Shown: positions 50,429 to 64,000 of the stretch, piece by piece
Position numbering within the stretch: position 1 is the stretch's first letter
Layout: each line of letters opens with the position of its first letter
Assembly (NCBI GenBank): GCA_013239625.1
Contig: MU054323.1
Location: 6,065,220 to 6,129,219, forward strand
Length of the DNA: 64,000 nucleotides
Reading direction: 5' to 3'
DNA from: Lama guanicoe
Lineage: Eukaryota
Notes under the pieces: generated by a model
Told to the model about the DNA's origin: nothing
The model's input: the letters and a program-made list of their open reading frames with translations, nothing else
The model's database searches: none
Program-made: the position numbers and the translations under genes

Positions 50429-53400
50429 TCTAGTGCAGGAAGCATACATGTAAATAAGTAAATACAATACACAGTATGCTCTAAAGAGGTAAGCTCAGGG
50501 TGCCAGGGGGGCAGAGGGCAGAGGGATGTGGCAGAAAGAAAGAAAAGAGGCAAAGAGGCCTGCAACAAAATAATACCTGGAACTGCAAAATAAAATGGTA
50601 ATTAGACAATAGGAGGAAGAAAGATCTGGGCAGAGGGGCAGAGGGGCAGAAATGAGTGAAGGCTGGGGGAGGGGGGCCTGCCTGCTGTGCAGTGTGGCTT
50701 CAGAGGGGAGTGAGGGACCCACCGGGGAGGGGGGGAGCTGGCCAGTTGGGGAGGGAGGCATCAGAGAGGGCCTTGCTCCAGCCTTGAAGAGTGATTGAAG
50801 CAGGGGCTGATGGTCAGGCTGCTGTATGGAGGGAGACAGCCTTGGAGGCTGCTATGGTGGCTCAGGTAAAAGGATGGCGGTTCAAATAGGTGTGACCAGG
50901 GCCAGAAGACAATGATGCAGAGGTGTCTAGCTGGTAAAAGAGGCAGGATTTGGTGTGGCGAGGGGTGGGGAGGAGTCAGTAAGGAGCCTAGCAAATGTGT
51001 GGGCTGTGGGCATGTGCTTTCTGCCGGGTGGTCTGAGCAGATAGAGTTCTCCAAGGAGGGGCAAGGCCTAGGGCACAGAACAGCCACTTGTGTGGGCAGG
51101 GCAAGGGCCTGGCATCCCTCAGGCACAGGGGGAGCATCCCAGACAAAGCCGGGGAGACCACAAAGTGATTCCCTAATGCCCACTAACACAGAGGGGCCCT
51201 GAGATCAAGACTCCTCTTACTCACAAGCCTGAAGTAGCCAAATTCTGCAGTGTGCTGGGATGCAGGCAGCTGGAGTCCACTCTGAAGACACAGCCCCTGC
51301 CAGGCTCTGCCCTGAGGTCCGCAGACCACCCAACCTGGGCACCTGTGCAGCTGGTTAGAAGGCTTCCCAGGAGCCCACAGGCCACCAAGCTCCTCAGATA
51401 TTGAAGGGTTCCCCCTCTGCTGAGACAGGGGGTGGGCAGGAGGGCAGCCTGTGCCCGGAGCCAATGCTGGCTTCCTCCCCTGGATCCTGGGTTGTAATGT
51501 CCCGAAACGCCGTCTCCCCGGCTGGGCTCCGCAGGCAGCAGTAAGCACGTACTGACTGATCAATACTGTGAATGCACTTGGGGCCCTGCTGTGAAAAGGA
51601 ATCCCCTGGTGAGCACTTTCATAAATTGAAAAATTCTTCTGATACTGAGTAATCTTGCCCAGCTATTAAATCCAAATTTCCACAAAGTGAGAGTAGGCAG
51701 CGCCTACAGTTATGATGACCTGGATCTCCAAGCACCTCCTCCCAGACCCAGCCCGGGCTTCCCAGGGCAGTAGGCGTCGCGGCTGGGGCTGGGGCTGCAG
51801 ACGTCGTCAGTGCTGGGGTCTTGGTTTCAAGTAAAATCTTTTCTTCCAAAACAATCAGAATGCTTTGTGCCCAGAAGGAGTGGCATTCTGTGTGGCTCTG
51901 TGTTCTCCCGGCACCCTGAGCGTGGTTAACTCAGCAGGCACGTGGGGCTGCATCCGTCACTCACCACAGGGTGACAGCCGGGGCCTCCAGAGCAGGTGCC
52001 CGTGGGTGCTTGAGGGAATCGAGAGCAGCTTGCCCAGGGTCACAGAGCCAATTAGCGGCAAAGCTGGAAAAAGAATCAGATATTCCAGCCCAGAGCTCTT
52101 TCCCTCCCACAGGACTTCACTCAAAAAGGTGACAGCACCCACCTGGCTCATGGTTTGGGAATTAGTTCAGTTGGTGGCTCTTGTTGGAGCTGAAGTGTGA
52201 GCACAGCAGTTCAGCCTTAACCCTGCCTGACCCTGCAGGCTCTGCCTGAGTCGGACCCACCCGGCCACGTGCCACAGGTCCCCACTGCCTCCCGCCAGCC
52301 CAGGCCCCAGCTGTGGCCTCCTGCGCCTCTCCCCAGAGTGTCCCACGGCACTACCCTAACCCCACAACTCAACAACTCATCCCCTCTTCCTTCCTGATGT
52401 CCCCCCGGAGAAGTCGGAATGTGGTCCTCACGTACCTCCCCACTTCGTTCCCTCCAGCACTGCCGGCCATGGAGCCGTGGCATCCACAGCGTGAACACCT
52501 GTCTTCCTCTGCCCTTCCTCAGCACTGCTGTAGTTCAGGCCTTTGTCGTTTCGCACTTGGATTACAGAGTGAGCACCACCATCGACAATATTGTCGACCC
52601 ACCACATGCAGGCACACGGCTAACAGCTCACCCTGGGCTCCTTCCCTTAGCCTTCACCGGAGGGGGAAGCTGAGGCTTTAGGGACACTGGTTAACTTTCC
52701 CAAGGTCACACAGCTGATAGGTTCTCTCTCAACCCGGCACTAAGGCTTTCCTGCCCACTATCCTCTGATGTATCTGCCAGAGTTTCACCCTGTCACTCCC
52801 TTGCACAGACTCCCTTTGACTCCCCAATGTCCACAGATTCAGCCTGAGCCTTCTCACAAGGCTCTTGAGATCTGACCTTTCCTGCCCACCCATCACACCC
52901 TGTCTGTCCTCCAGGCCTTTGTTCCCTCCTTAACTGCCCCCAGGCACCCACACCTGGTACTGTGAGCCTTGCTGGTCTCTCTTGCTCCAGGCACAGGGAG
53001 TCTTTGGAGCCTGCAGCCATTATCACCCAACACACACACAACCCTGCATGCGCCCTGCCACGACCCCAGCTCTGCCTGATATGGAGTTGGTAGCAACAGT
53101 GATTCAGCATTGCCCCAACACCTCAGTCCCCCATGTGGGGTGATGTGTTCCAGGGCCCCCCTTCTGAGAGTCCCCCCACCAGAAATCTCCCTTGGTCTTC
53201 AGCAGAGCCAGAGCCCAGTGTGTCCTCTCAGAGAAGGGTCTGCCTGATCTCAAAGCCCACAAGCCCTTGTCCATCCCTGGGCATATGATCTTCACCAGGC
53301 TCTGGGGACAGAATAGGATCCCCCAGCCCCATTTTACAGACATAGAAACAGAGGCCCCAGAAACACAGGGGCTGGTCCACGGACGTAGTGGCAAAGGCGG

Positions 53401-54688
53401 AGCTGGGCTCAGCAGGGCACCTTGGCAGGCAGCTGATGCTGGCCCAAGTGGACGGAGATGACTGGTCAAGCTGGAGCAGGGCATGCCGGAGGGTAATTCC
53501 AGAACACCAGGCAGGGTTCAGCAAAGACCCAGAGGGCTCGGGGTGCTGGTGGACGACTTAGAGGGTGGGGCTCAGCTCTGCAGACAGCCCTCTCCCATTC
53601 ACCTGCCAAACAATCTAGGCCATACTGGCCCAAGAATCTGGGCCTCTGATGTCCAGCTACCAGCAATGCTAAGGGCAGGCTCTGACCAGGGAGTCCGGGG
53701 GTGGGCAGACTGGACGAGGCTGGTGGGAACATTGATCTGAAGGCCCTAACTTTGCAAATGGAAGGCTTATATAAACCAAGCAGAGTAGCTGTCAGGCTCT
53801 CCTCCTTCCCACTTCTAAGCCTTGAGGTGGCTCCGGGAGAAGCTTCTGACATCCCCGGGTTCGGAGCCCCCCGACCTGGGGCACTCTCTGTGCTGGCCCT
53901 GGGTGGCCAAGACACCAGGCAAAGGTAGGTGTGCATCGGGGTGGGGAGGCCTCAGAGGCCATTTCCTGGGACTCTTGGGGCTGCAAGCCAGGCTCCCCCC
54001 ACCCCCGTGCTGAAGCCCCAGGTGGGGGGGGGGTCCTGAGAGAATGACCCAGGAAGTGGGAGGAGGTACCCCATCCCTGCCCCTTGCTTGCTTCTCCCCA
54101 TTCATCCCAGAAGCATGAAGGGGAAGTGCTTGCCAGGCCCCCACTCCACGCCTCCTTTCTCAGGACCCCTCCCCAGGTAGCTCGCCCCAGCCATGGCTGT
54201 GAGTGTCTAACACAAGGGATGCTGTTTTTGCAGGTTTTGTGGTTTTTATTCCTTTGAACCATATCCAGCCCATCTTACATCACAATGCCATGCTTTACTT
54301 GGTATCAAATACATCGGCACTCATTGGCATTTGGAGAACTTGTTCCGTAGTTAAATTACAGTTTTTAGTTGTCTGTGGTGATGTATTCTCTATGTTTCCA
54401 ACTGTCAGTATGGGAATCTTTTCCCCCAGCCTTTCAATTTCTGGGTTTGGTTTTTTGTTGTTGTTTTTTAATTTTTTTAATTTTTTAATTTTTTTTTTTT
54501 TTGCTTTTGAAAGTTGTTTTTCCTTTGGTTATGTAGCCCCTCCCAGTTGCTGCTTGTTTACGCATTATGTTTGTGACTTCTTTTGACTGTCTGTTGAGCC
54601 AGTCTTGCCAAGAAACAGTATCAAGTATTTTCCTATTTCTCTACTTCTTGAAAAAATATTTTTTAATTAAAAAAAAGAAAACTCTTAA

Positions 54689-54904
<216 letters not shown>

Positions 54905-54989
54905 TAGGACGCTTTTGTGTCGCTTTTCTCCTCCCCTCTCTTGCAGGTTCCTGAAGCGTGACTCCCTGTCACAGAGCCAGTAGCCATCT

Positions 54990-55013
54990 CTCCTCCTCCT
55001 CCTCCTCCTCCTC
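54990..55013. repeat. (CCT)n trinucleotide microsatellite
   Basis: ctcctcctcctcctcctcctcctcc. Confidence 0.9.
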
Positions 55014-56724
55014 CCGAGTGCCCGCTCACACACAGCCTCAGAGCAGCCACTGTCCCCAGCCCATCCCACACAGCTTTGCTGGTCCCCAGAGGCCTCTGTC
55101 AGCGGTAGACAGCACCCCGCCCCATCCCAAGGATCCCGCATTCTCAGTGGCTCACAAGCCCTCCCTGAGATTAGGAGGACTGTAGACTCCACTTTAAGGG
55201 ACCACTGCACACTGCCCCCACTGGGCCAGCACGGTCCCAGCACCATCATCACTGCTGTCGATAGTGAACCTAATGCCAGGAAAGCACATCGACCAGACCG
55301 TCCCCCACTGAGAAGCACGAGGCACCCAAGGGGCCGCTTTTCGGCAGCCCGAGTCGGGGAGAACTGACTTGTAGCCAAAGCCTCATTCACGCTGCATGTC
55401 TTGATACTTGTACACTGAACCTAAACTAGCGCTGTCTGAGCACAGACCAGGAGTGTCCTAAACACGGTCTCTCTCAGCCTTTGCTCCCCTCCCCTTCTGC
55501 CCTCTGCCCCGGCTATTTCTACCTGAATGAGTCTTAATGGTGCATGAGCATCTTTTTTTTTTCTTCCATTATGTTGATTTTTTAATTTGTCTGCTTCATA
55601 CCCTTGCAAAGAAGTCAGGGGCCACCTTCTAACTCCTTAGTGAGGGAGAGTAGCCGTGGGGGCCGGCCCAGGGTAACGCTCCTGTTTCTCTCACCCATCA
55701 GCAGATTAATGCCGCTGCTCATTTTGCCTTGCAGCCTCTCCGGGGCGGACGCTGAGCCAGGACTGTGCTCAGAGTGGGAGGACAGGACCTCTGCTTGCTT
55801 CCCAATGCTGTGTTTGGACTTGCCAACTAACCCCAGAGTGACTGTGTTTTGTTTCAGGATGGCACACTGGCTGGCATCTCCTTTCCAATCTGTTGTGTCC
55901 TTTCACTTAGAGCTGAGCTGCCCGGCGTGCAAGCCCCGCCCAGCCACACTGGCCCCAGCCATGCAGGAAGGGGCAGGCTCTTTGTGACTTCCAGTCTCAT
56001 GGACAGCTCCGGTCTCCCGCCCCCAGTGCTTGGGTTCTCTCTGTCCGAGCACAGGGGTCAGGGGCATGAGCTCTGGGGTGAAGGGGCACGGCCAGTGGCT
56101 TCTTCAGGCCAAGGGAGGTCTTTGTGCTGCCACTCTTGGCAAATCCTCAACTGACAGTGACCAGCACGTGGCCACTGGATTGCAGGTGTGGCATCCTGAG
56201 CCTTGGTCCCTGCTCCAGACCAGCTGGAGAGCACAGAGGGGGTGGGATGCAGGGACAGGTTGGTACTGAGCGACGGCCCAGCCCTGGGCTAGAAAGATGT
56301 GAGCGAGGGGAGCACAGAGCCTCTGACTGTCCTCAGAGGCCCTACACGTAAAGCCTGACTCTGTGCACAGCAGAGCAGACACACCACTAGGTGGGAACCC
56401 AAAGTAGTGAAGGCTTCTTAGACAGACCAAAAAAGAAGGAGGAAGAATATTCCAAGCAAGAGATGGGTTGCCTGGAATAAAAAGTTGAGGACAGAGAGAG
56501 TCAAGAGCAGTGGGGAGGGGACATGGCCTTCCCAGAGACAGGCTGAGCAGACAGGCCCTGACTGCCAGGCTAGAACCCTGGGCTTGGTCTGAGGGTGTGG
56601 AGGCCTCAGGGTCCGTGGAGAGGGGATGCCCACCTGCAGGTGGCAGAACTGTAGGAAGCGCCTCCCTGACCCTAACCGGGAAGGATGTGTGCTGGGGCTG
56701 AGAGGCAGTTGCTGGAGGAGAGAG

Positions 56725-56890
56725 GGCACCCCCTCGGGAGCTAGGAGACCTGGGTTCTACATCTGACTCTGCCACTTGTCTTGTGACCCCAGGCCAGTCA
56801 CGTCCTCTCTCTCAGGCCTCGGGTATTCTCATCTGTAAAACAGGAGGTTGATTCAAATGACGTCCAGGTTTCCTTCCAGCTCTGACATCC
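56725..56890 (+). mobile_element. MIR-family SINE remnant
   Basis: aggagacctgggttcta...ctctgccact...tgtgacc...ctcatctgtaaaacaggaggttg...ccttccagctctgacat. Confidence 0.7.
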
Positions 56891-58604
56891 CAGGGTGAGA
56901 GTGAGGGGGCGATGGGCAGGGCCAGCCCTGGAGGGGCTTCCCAAGCGCAAGCACCAGGACGTAAGAAGGGCGAAATCACAGGCAGGCAGGCCCGTGGACC
57001 AAGGTCAGGGGAGCGCTGTGGGGAGATGATGTATTGAGCGTTTGGCATGTCAAGTTTTAGCAGCCTGAAGACAGCTAAAGACCCGAGCAGAGACACCCAG
57101 TAGGCAGCCAGATGGGGGATCCAAACCCAGACTGGTCTGAGGTCTGGGCAGACAGGGCTGTGTCTTCAGCATCCAGGGTCACTCGGGCAGAAGAGGAGGC
57201 TGAAGCTAAGCCCAGACGCACCCCAGTGGCTCAGTGTTGCCATTGTTACTCCCCAAGTCCTAACCGTGGGCACACAACACCATTTCGGCCGATAGCTACA
57301 AACAAATTCCTTCTGTGGGGAGGAAAGCATATACTCTATACAGGAAGGTGACCTTTTTTTCTGACCATGTAAAATCCCTGAGAAGTTCACGTGCTTAGTG
57401 GTCGGGGAGCAGCTGATGTTGACACGTCACTCAGCTTCCTCGAGGCTGGGATTCTGGAGACACGGTGCCGCGGCCCGAACGACCCAGCAGGAGAGACGCC
57501 CTGCCCACGGAAGCCCAGAAAGGGTCCTCCCTCTCAGGCAGCTGCACTAAGGCAAGCAGGGGAGCGGGGACGAGATATCCTGGTCCTTACCTTCATGAGG
57601 GCCTAGGTGAGCACTGCCGGGGGTGGGGGCCCACCCTCTGCTGCCCCAGGACCCTCAGGCCTGGAGGCTCGGCCTGGACTCCTTCCCACCTCCAGCCTGG
57701 GGTGGGTGACGTGTTCCCCGCTCCGGCCCCATGGAGGACCCTGTCCCAGCACTGGCCCCAACCCAGTGTGGACACTCTCCCAGACACAGGCCGGACACGG
57801 GGAACCAAGTCATTCCCTACTCATCACTCAGCAAGCAAGCAGGAGTCCCTCCTGGGAGCAGGTCCCACATGAACCTCTGGATGAGACGGGTCTCTGCCCT
57901 CAGGGAACTCACAGTCTGGTGGGGGAGAAGCTAAAGAGGTATGACCGGGGAGCAGGAAGAGGGCAGGAGGGGAGGTTTAGAGGCTCCCAGGCCAGGTCCT
58001 AACTCTACAGCGGGAGGGGCGATCGTGGACGGCCCCTGGGAGGAGGTGGCACCCAGCCTGGGTTCGACCAGGCAGATGAGCAGGAAAGAGCTCTGCAGAC
58101 GGGAAAGAGCAAGCACGAGGCTTCAGGACGGCAAGGGGTTAAGGCAGCACGAGTGACTGGTGTCCCTGCAATGCCAAGTGCAAGGTGAACACGGAGGGAC
58201 CGAGGTGGCGTGGGAGGCAGGAGTCGGGTCACAGGGCTTTAAGCCTGGGGGGTGTCATGGCCAGACTTACGATTCACAATGACAGTCAGAACGTGAGTGG
58301 GAGAGCTGGGTCTTGGGGTGTCCTCCATACCAGCCCCGATGCCCCTTCGGTGCAGAGGCCCGTCAGCATTGCATCAGCCCCTCCTCAGCCCCATAGCCAT
58401 ACAGCTGTCCTGCCCAGAGCCCGGTCCTCCAGGCTCCCAGCCGACCCCACCGTGTCTACCTGTCCACGTGTTCCTACCTTTGCTGAGGCTGCAGGAGCTT
58501 TTTGCCCTTCGTCTCTCTTATTTAGTTTCAAACTCCTGTCTTCTTCCTCTGATGAGGTGAGAGCCAGCCCCTAGGGAGACAGGTGGAGTTATCTGATGTC
58601 ATCC

Positions 58605-58748
58605 TGCAAGTCCTCCCACTGACCCTGAGAAGCAGGTGCCATTCATACCCCATTCACAGATGAGGGAATTGAGGCCCAGAGAATTTTAAGTAACCGATAG
58701 ATCTGGGATTTGAACTGAGGTCTGACCCAAAGCTCATGCTCTTACCAT
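58605..58748 (-). mobile_element. MIR SINE remnant
   Basis: ccctgagaagcaggt...ccccattcacagatgagggaattgaggcccagaga...ctgggatttgaactgaggtctgac. Confidence 0.7.
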
Positions 58749-58866
58749 ACATTTGGCAGCTCAGAGAAGACCAAAAGTGTAGTTTTTGTGCACAAATTCT
58801 GTACGAAAGGGAAGTAAAATCTCAGGGTTGACAGTGTGGGCAGATCTACCAGGAAAGAGATGTGGA

Positions 58867-58879
58867 GTGTGTGTGTGTG

Positions 58880-58918
<39 letters not shown>
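58867..58918. repeat. (TG)n microsatellite with a short GA interruption
   Basis: gtgtgtgtgtgtgagagtgtgtgt...gtgt. Confidence 0.95.
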
Positions 58919-58920
<2 letters not shown>

Positions 58921-61014
58921 GAAACAGGATCTGCCCAAGAGAAGACATAATCCCCACCTGAGACAGGCATCTATGAGGCAGGCCCTCCCCACACACCCAG
59001 GAGGGGCTGTGTCCTCTGCAGTGAGGGCTGGAGGAGCTGGAGGAGGCCAGGAGAAGAGCACATGAGGCCACGGGGAAGCTCAGAGCAAATCCGAGGCTGA
59101 GGCCACTGGGCTTCCATGTTGTCCCATCTGAGTCCCTATGATAATTAGGTAAAAACCTTGCAAGAAAAGGAGGTACAGCTTTGTCTTTGGAAAATGTGAA
59201 GGCCAGTGCTGTGTAACAACCACGCCTCGCCTGCCTCCAGCTTGGATTGAGTGGAGGGGAAGACAGTGGGCTTAGCCCCAGGCTTTGGGAAGGAAGAGGA
59301 TGCTTTGAGCAGACTAGACCTAGTGGGGTCCTGGGGTGGCAGCTTCCCAAGTCCAGAATCACTTCTCAACCCCAGCGAACATGACCTAGATCTACCCTGG
59401 ACTTTCTCTTGGGGCCCGTGGAGGAGAAGTCCCTTCACTTGTTCCCCAGGAGCTGAGAAGCTCTCAAGATGGTTGGTGCCACCGGGGCACTGGCTGCCCT
59501 CCCTGGCGGGCAGGCTGCAGGCCCCATCAGAGAGGACAGGACTATTCTTCTTTACAGATAGCAGAGGCACCGGCCTCCCTGCCACACTTCCGAGCACGCT
59601 CCCCACGGCTGCGTGTGGGAGGATATGCCCAGCCCCAGAGGAAGGCGGCCCCCTCATCTCACCAGATGGGACAGAGACCTGGCATTCTACCTCCCAGCTG
59701 AAACCCTCATCTCGCAAAGCCTGTCGGAGCCAATGACACATTTGAACTATTTCCCCTTTTCGTATGAAATGAAAACAGATGAACAAACTGATTTGTCCAG
59801 GGTCACTTCCACAAGCCCCATGTGCAGACGCTGGGCTTCTCGCTCTGGCCCCCTCTCCAGGGGAAGCTGAAAGGGCCTCTAATCGAGTGGCACAAACCCT
59901 GGACGCAGGGGAGCCCAGGCGATGTTAATCCAGTAGTCAAGCCACACGCCTTCCCCCTCTTTCCCCATGAAGCTGGGCCTCTGTGGGTGGCCGGCTGCCC
60001 CCTTCCCTGGGAGAATAGACCAGAGCGGCTAGAAGAACAGACGAAAAGAGAGTCGCACCGCTCGAATGCTGGTAGAATGACATGAGCCAGACTCATCGCC
60101 AAGTCACCGTGGGTGGGCCAGGGCCCGCGCGAGCCAGGCAAGCCCTCAGGACCCTGTCCATCTGGTGTCTGTGCCCTGGAGCTGATGGCAGGCCTGCGCT
60201 CCTCTCCACGGGGCAGCGTGGGCGTCACATCAGAAGGGCAGGGTCACCCTCCTGAGCAGAGCAGAGTCTCCTCCACATCCATCCCTGCTCCGTGGCTGTC
60301 CTCCACCCACCACTGAGCCAGGAGTTCCAGATGCAACGTGAAAAATGAAAGCACCTGATCACTGAGGTGTGTGGGGGCAGGTGAGGGACTGTGTCCTGAA
60401 TTCTGGAGAGGGCAGTTCCTCCTCCAGGAACTGGGATCACAGACATTCTAATATGTGGGACAGGGCACTTCTAGCACATCCACAGGCCGGCCTACCAAGC
60501 CGAGGCTGTCCCATACCCTGGGGACACACCCCCTCTTGACAGAAGGTGACCCCAGGAAGTTTTCTTTTTCTGACAGAACTCGTGGGCCCTGTGTGGGCTG
60601 GGTGGTACCAGCCTGTCCCTATTCCCAAGCTCCACCCCAGTGTCAAGTCCATAGCCCCACCCTGGCACGAGCTACCGCCATGGGGGTTGGGGGCCTGGGG
60701 GAGCAGAGCCTCAGCCGTGCATCCCAGGCACAGCGTCCTCTCCAACCCTGGCAGCACCCATGATGGTCAACATCCACGTACCTCCCCCTGCAGCCTCCTG
60801 GCTCCTCAGCCATGCAGTCACCAGCTTGTCTCCAGGACCCTCTCCCGGGCTCAGACTCTGGGCAAGACAAGCATCTCCCCACAAGTGCAGCCAAGCAGGT
60901 CCCATCAGACCCATCACTCGGGGCCGTGGGCTCCACTGGCTTTCATCTGCCCAACACCCCTCCTCACAGGGTGGTTCCTTGGTTCTCAGGGTCACATGTC
61001 ACATGCATTTCACT

Positions 61015-61058
61015 GCGTATGTGTGTGCACGTGTGTGTGTGTGTGTGTGTTTGTGTGC
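61015..61058. repeat. (TG)n microsatellite
   Basis: gtatgtgtgtgcacgtgtgtgtgtgtgtgtgtgtttgtgtgc. Confidence 0.9.
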
Positions 61059-63144
61059 ACATCCTGAAGTCCCACCTCAGCTCTTCACTGACTGCTGATG
61101 ATTCGTGGGGAGACAGGAGGGCCGACCAGAGTGGGAGGCAGCAGTGGCTGGGGACCTTGGGAGAAGATGAGCAGCCCTACGTTGGCCTCATCAGCCCTGC
61201 CCCGACTGTGGCCCAGCGTGACCTCCCCAGAGCATGGAGGGTTTGGGGTGGGGGGAAAGGCCAGAGAGTGGCCTGTAGGAGTGAAGACAGAGACAGCAAA
61301 GATGGAGAGTAAGAGGTTGACCAGATGACCCCTGAGGCCTGGCTTGCTCAGAATGTCTGTGGTTTCTAGTGATCATATAATGAACCATTTTTATACCTAA
61401 CAAAGTCACCCAAGTGCAGAAGTCCATCCTGACAGCAGAAGACTAGGTGGGTTAAGTCACTTTAAAACTCACGCACAGCATGTGCGTCTGTGGGTCTGAG
61501 AAGTGTCTCTGCTCAGGCCCTGCGTTTAGCCTGCACCTTTCCTCTCAGCTCCCTGCGGCCTGCCCAGAGCTTGGAGGCAGGATGCCCTTTCAGGCCTCTG
61601 GTCGAGGAGCCAGCCTGTGGAGGGTGGAGCTGGGGGAAGCACAGAGCCCTGGCGGGGGGGTCCCTTGGATACTCGCTCAGGCAGCAGGCTCACAGCTTCA
61701 CCTGTTCCCTCCCAAGTCATGTTTGCTTTGTAAAGGCCCCGGGAGGCCAGTGCCTAACCAGAAAGTGTCGCTCTAATGGTGGCACTTCGAGCGCTGTCGC
61801 ATAGCACAGTCACCCGGGAAGGTTGTTTTCCAGCCTCTGTCACTTAAACTCTCCATGGAACTTTAGACCTCACCCCGTTCAATCCTCTTATTTTGCAGAC
61901 AAGGAGCCTGAGGGCCAGAGAGGCCAAGGCTGCCTGCCTGTCGGTGGCAGAGCTGGGGCACCCAGGTCCCCTAACTCCCTGCTCACACAGGAGTCAGCCT
62001 CTCTCTGGGGCCTGCCTGCTCTCTTGCCGGACACCTCCACACCCCCATTGCCAGCCACAGGTGCACCCAAGGGACCAGTCATGAGAGTCTTGGCCCCGGG
62101 CCTCCTCAGGATGGGGGTGGGGGAGGGGAAGCAGAGGTCACCTCCCAGCCACGTGGCTGAACCCAGCCCCGGGCAGGACCAGGCTCAGTGCGGGAAACAG
62201 GACAGGTCAGAGCGGCCGAGACCGGGTGCCAAGCCGATCGCCTCTGAGAACCCTACCTCCTGACTCTTAACGCTCCAGGTGTTTTTCCTCCTGGTCACTT
62301 CTATATTGGTGTTGTTTTTGCTTCATCTTATCTGTTTCCTTCCAGGTCCAGCTTTAGGGCGCAGCTGCCAGGCCTTAGGAGCCTTTGCCATGGTTTTGTA
62401 TTTCTGTAGACACCAGATATAAACATATTTATATATTTGTGTCCCTCCCCTGCTCCCCCAGTTCACAAGCCCGATGCACACTCTACACGCAGGCCACTCT
62501 GACCTCTGACCCCGTGTTCCATGTGGCAGGAGGGCCCCGCCCCGGGCCAGATCCTAGGTCATGGCTGCTGGCTGTCTGTGGCGGAAGTCCTTGGTTGTTC
62601 CCCTCCCCTCCTCCCGGCTCTGACCATTCTGTCCGTCTATCTCGTCTCGTCCTCAGTTTCAAAGCAATGTCATGAAGGGCTTCCTTTCCATGCCTAAAAG
62701 GAAACAATATGTTTTTGGAAAGAGGTGGGGTTGGAGTCGGGATTCCGGGACAGCTTGGGGCCCTCAGTCTTTGGGGCGATTGAGGGACTGGCTGTGATCA
62801 CAGCCGCTTGGGAGCCTCAGTCACGTTGGAGAATCTCCCATCGGAGGCGCTGGGCCCCGGAGGCCACGCCCTGCTGGCCTTGTTTGGTGGAGACACCAGG
62901 GCCAGCAGTGGAGCTGAACCGTATTGTTTCCCTTTGAGGCCAGTCCTGGTCCTCGTCCCCATCCACAGCTCATGCTTTTTGATTTGCATCTTTTTTTGCA
63001 TGGACATGCCGAGTAGTGATAAGCAGGGTTTTCTGTTCTTCTGGGCATCTCTGGTCAGACTCTTCTCTTTCAGATCCCGTGTAAGGTCGCTAGGTTCAGG
63101 TGTGTCACTGCCGTGTCCCTTGAGTCCTAAAACGAAGGGCGTGA

Positions 63145-63489
<345 letters not shown>

Positions 63490-64000
63490 TGAGAGGGGAG
63501 GGCTGTGTGTGCCCAGCCAGACAGCCTCAGGGTGTAGCTGGATTTCACAGCAGTTCTAAGATGGTAATTCAGAAAGGTTTTTGCTTGCTGGTGGACAGAG
63601 GGGTTCTCTGCACTGCTTCCCTATGGGCCAGAGAGGCCAGTCCAGGACCTCAGGCAACCTGGTGAGGACAAACAGGCGGAGAGGCCTGTGGGGGAGCCCA
63701 TGCCCTGGGCTCACAGCCCTGTTCTCCAAACTCCGAACAAAGCTGCTTCCATTGGGCCTCCAACGCTTACAGTTTGGAGCTGCCCAGTCTGGGTAAGAGC
63801 AGGGAGAGGGAGGGGCACAGACAGGAGTCACAAGAACCCGTGGCCGCTGGGGAGTGAGAGCTGGGATGGGAGTAGGTCGGGGGATGGCTGGGGGCCTGAG
63901 ATGTGACCTGGGGAATGAACAATCTAGAAGGGCCAGGAACCACAGCTCCAGAGTTAGGCTCACAAAAGTGATGGGCCTCCTGGGACCCAGACACGTCTAA

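Overview
GC-rich mammalian genomic DNA, not prokaryotic. A tRNA-derived SINE resembling the camelid vic-1 family points to a camelid (camel, llama or alpaca); this is inferred from remembered repeat consensus, not from a search. The window lies inside the + strand gene KLHL29 (kelch-like 29). Four coding exons splice in frame with canonical GT-AG sites: 15592-15733, 18535-19047, 54726-54864 and 63234-63436 (997 nt). They encode part of the low-complexity N-terminal extension and the BTB/POZ domain; the start codon and the BACK/Kelch exons lie outside the window. The rest is intron carrying old repeats (MIR, L2, MLT1, MER5, L1M), a few younger insertions and microsatellites. Almost all ORFs in the supplied track are chance ORFs of GC-rich intron. 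I found no new multi-gene system. The signals most worth following are regulatory or structural: a divergent pair of identical 17-bp CTCF-type motifs, an intronic CpG-rich promoter-like element with a 16-bp palindrome and an octamer, a triple octamer cluster, homeodomain-motif-rich AT islands, candidate stop-containing exons around the BTB exons, and three recent tandem duplications. Repeat family names and boundaries were assigned by eye and are approximate.
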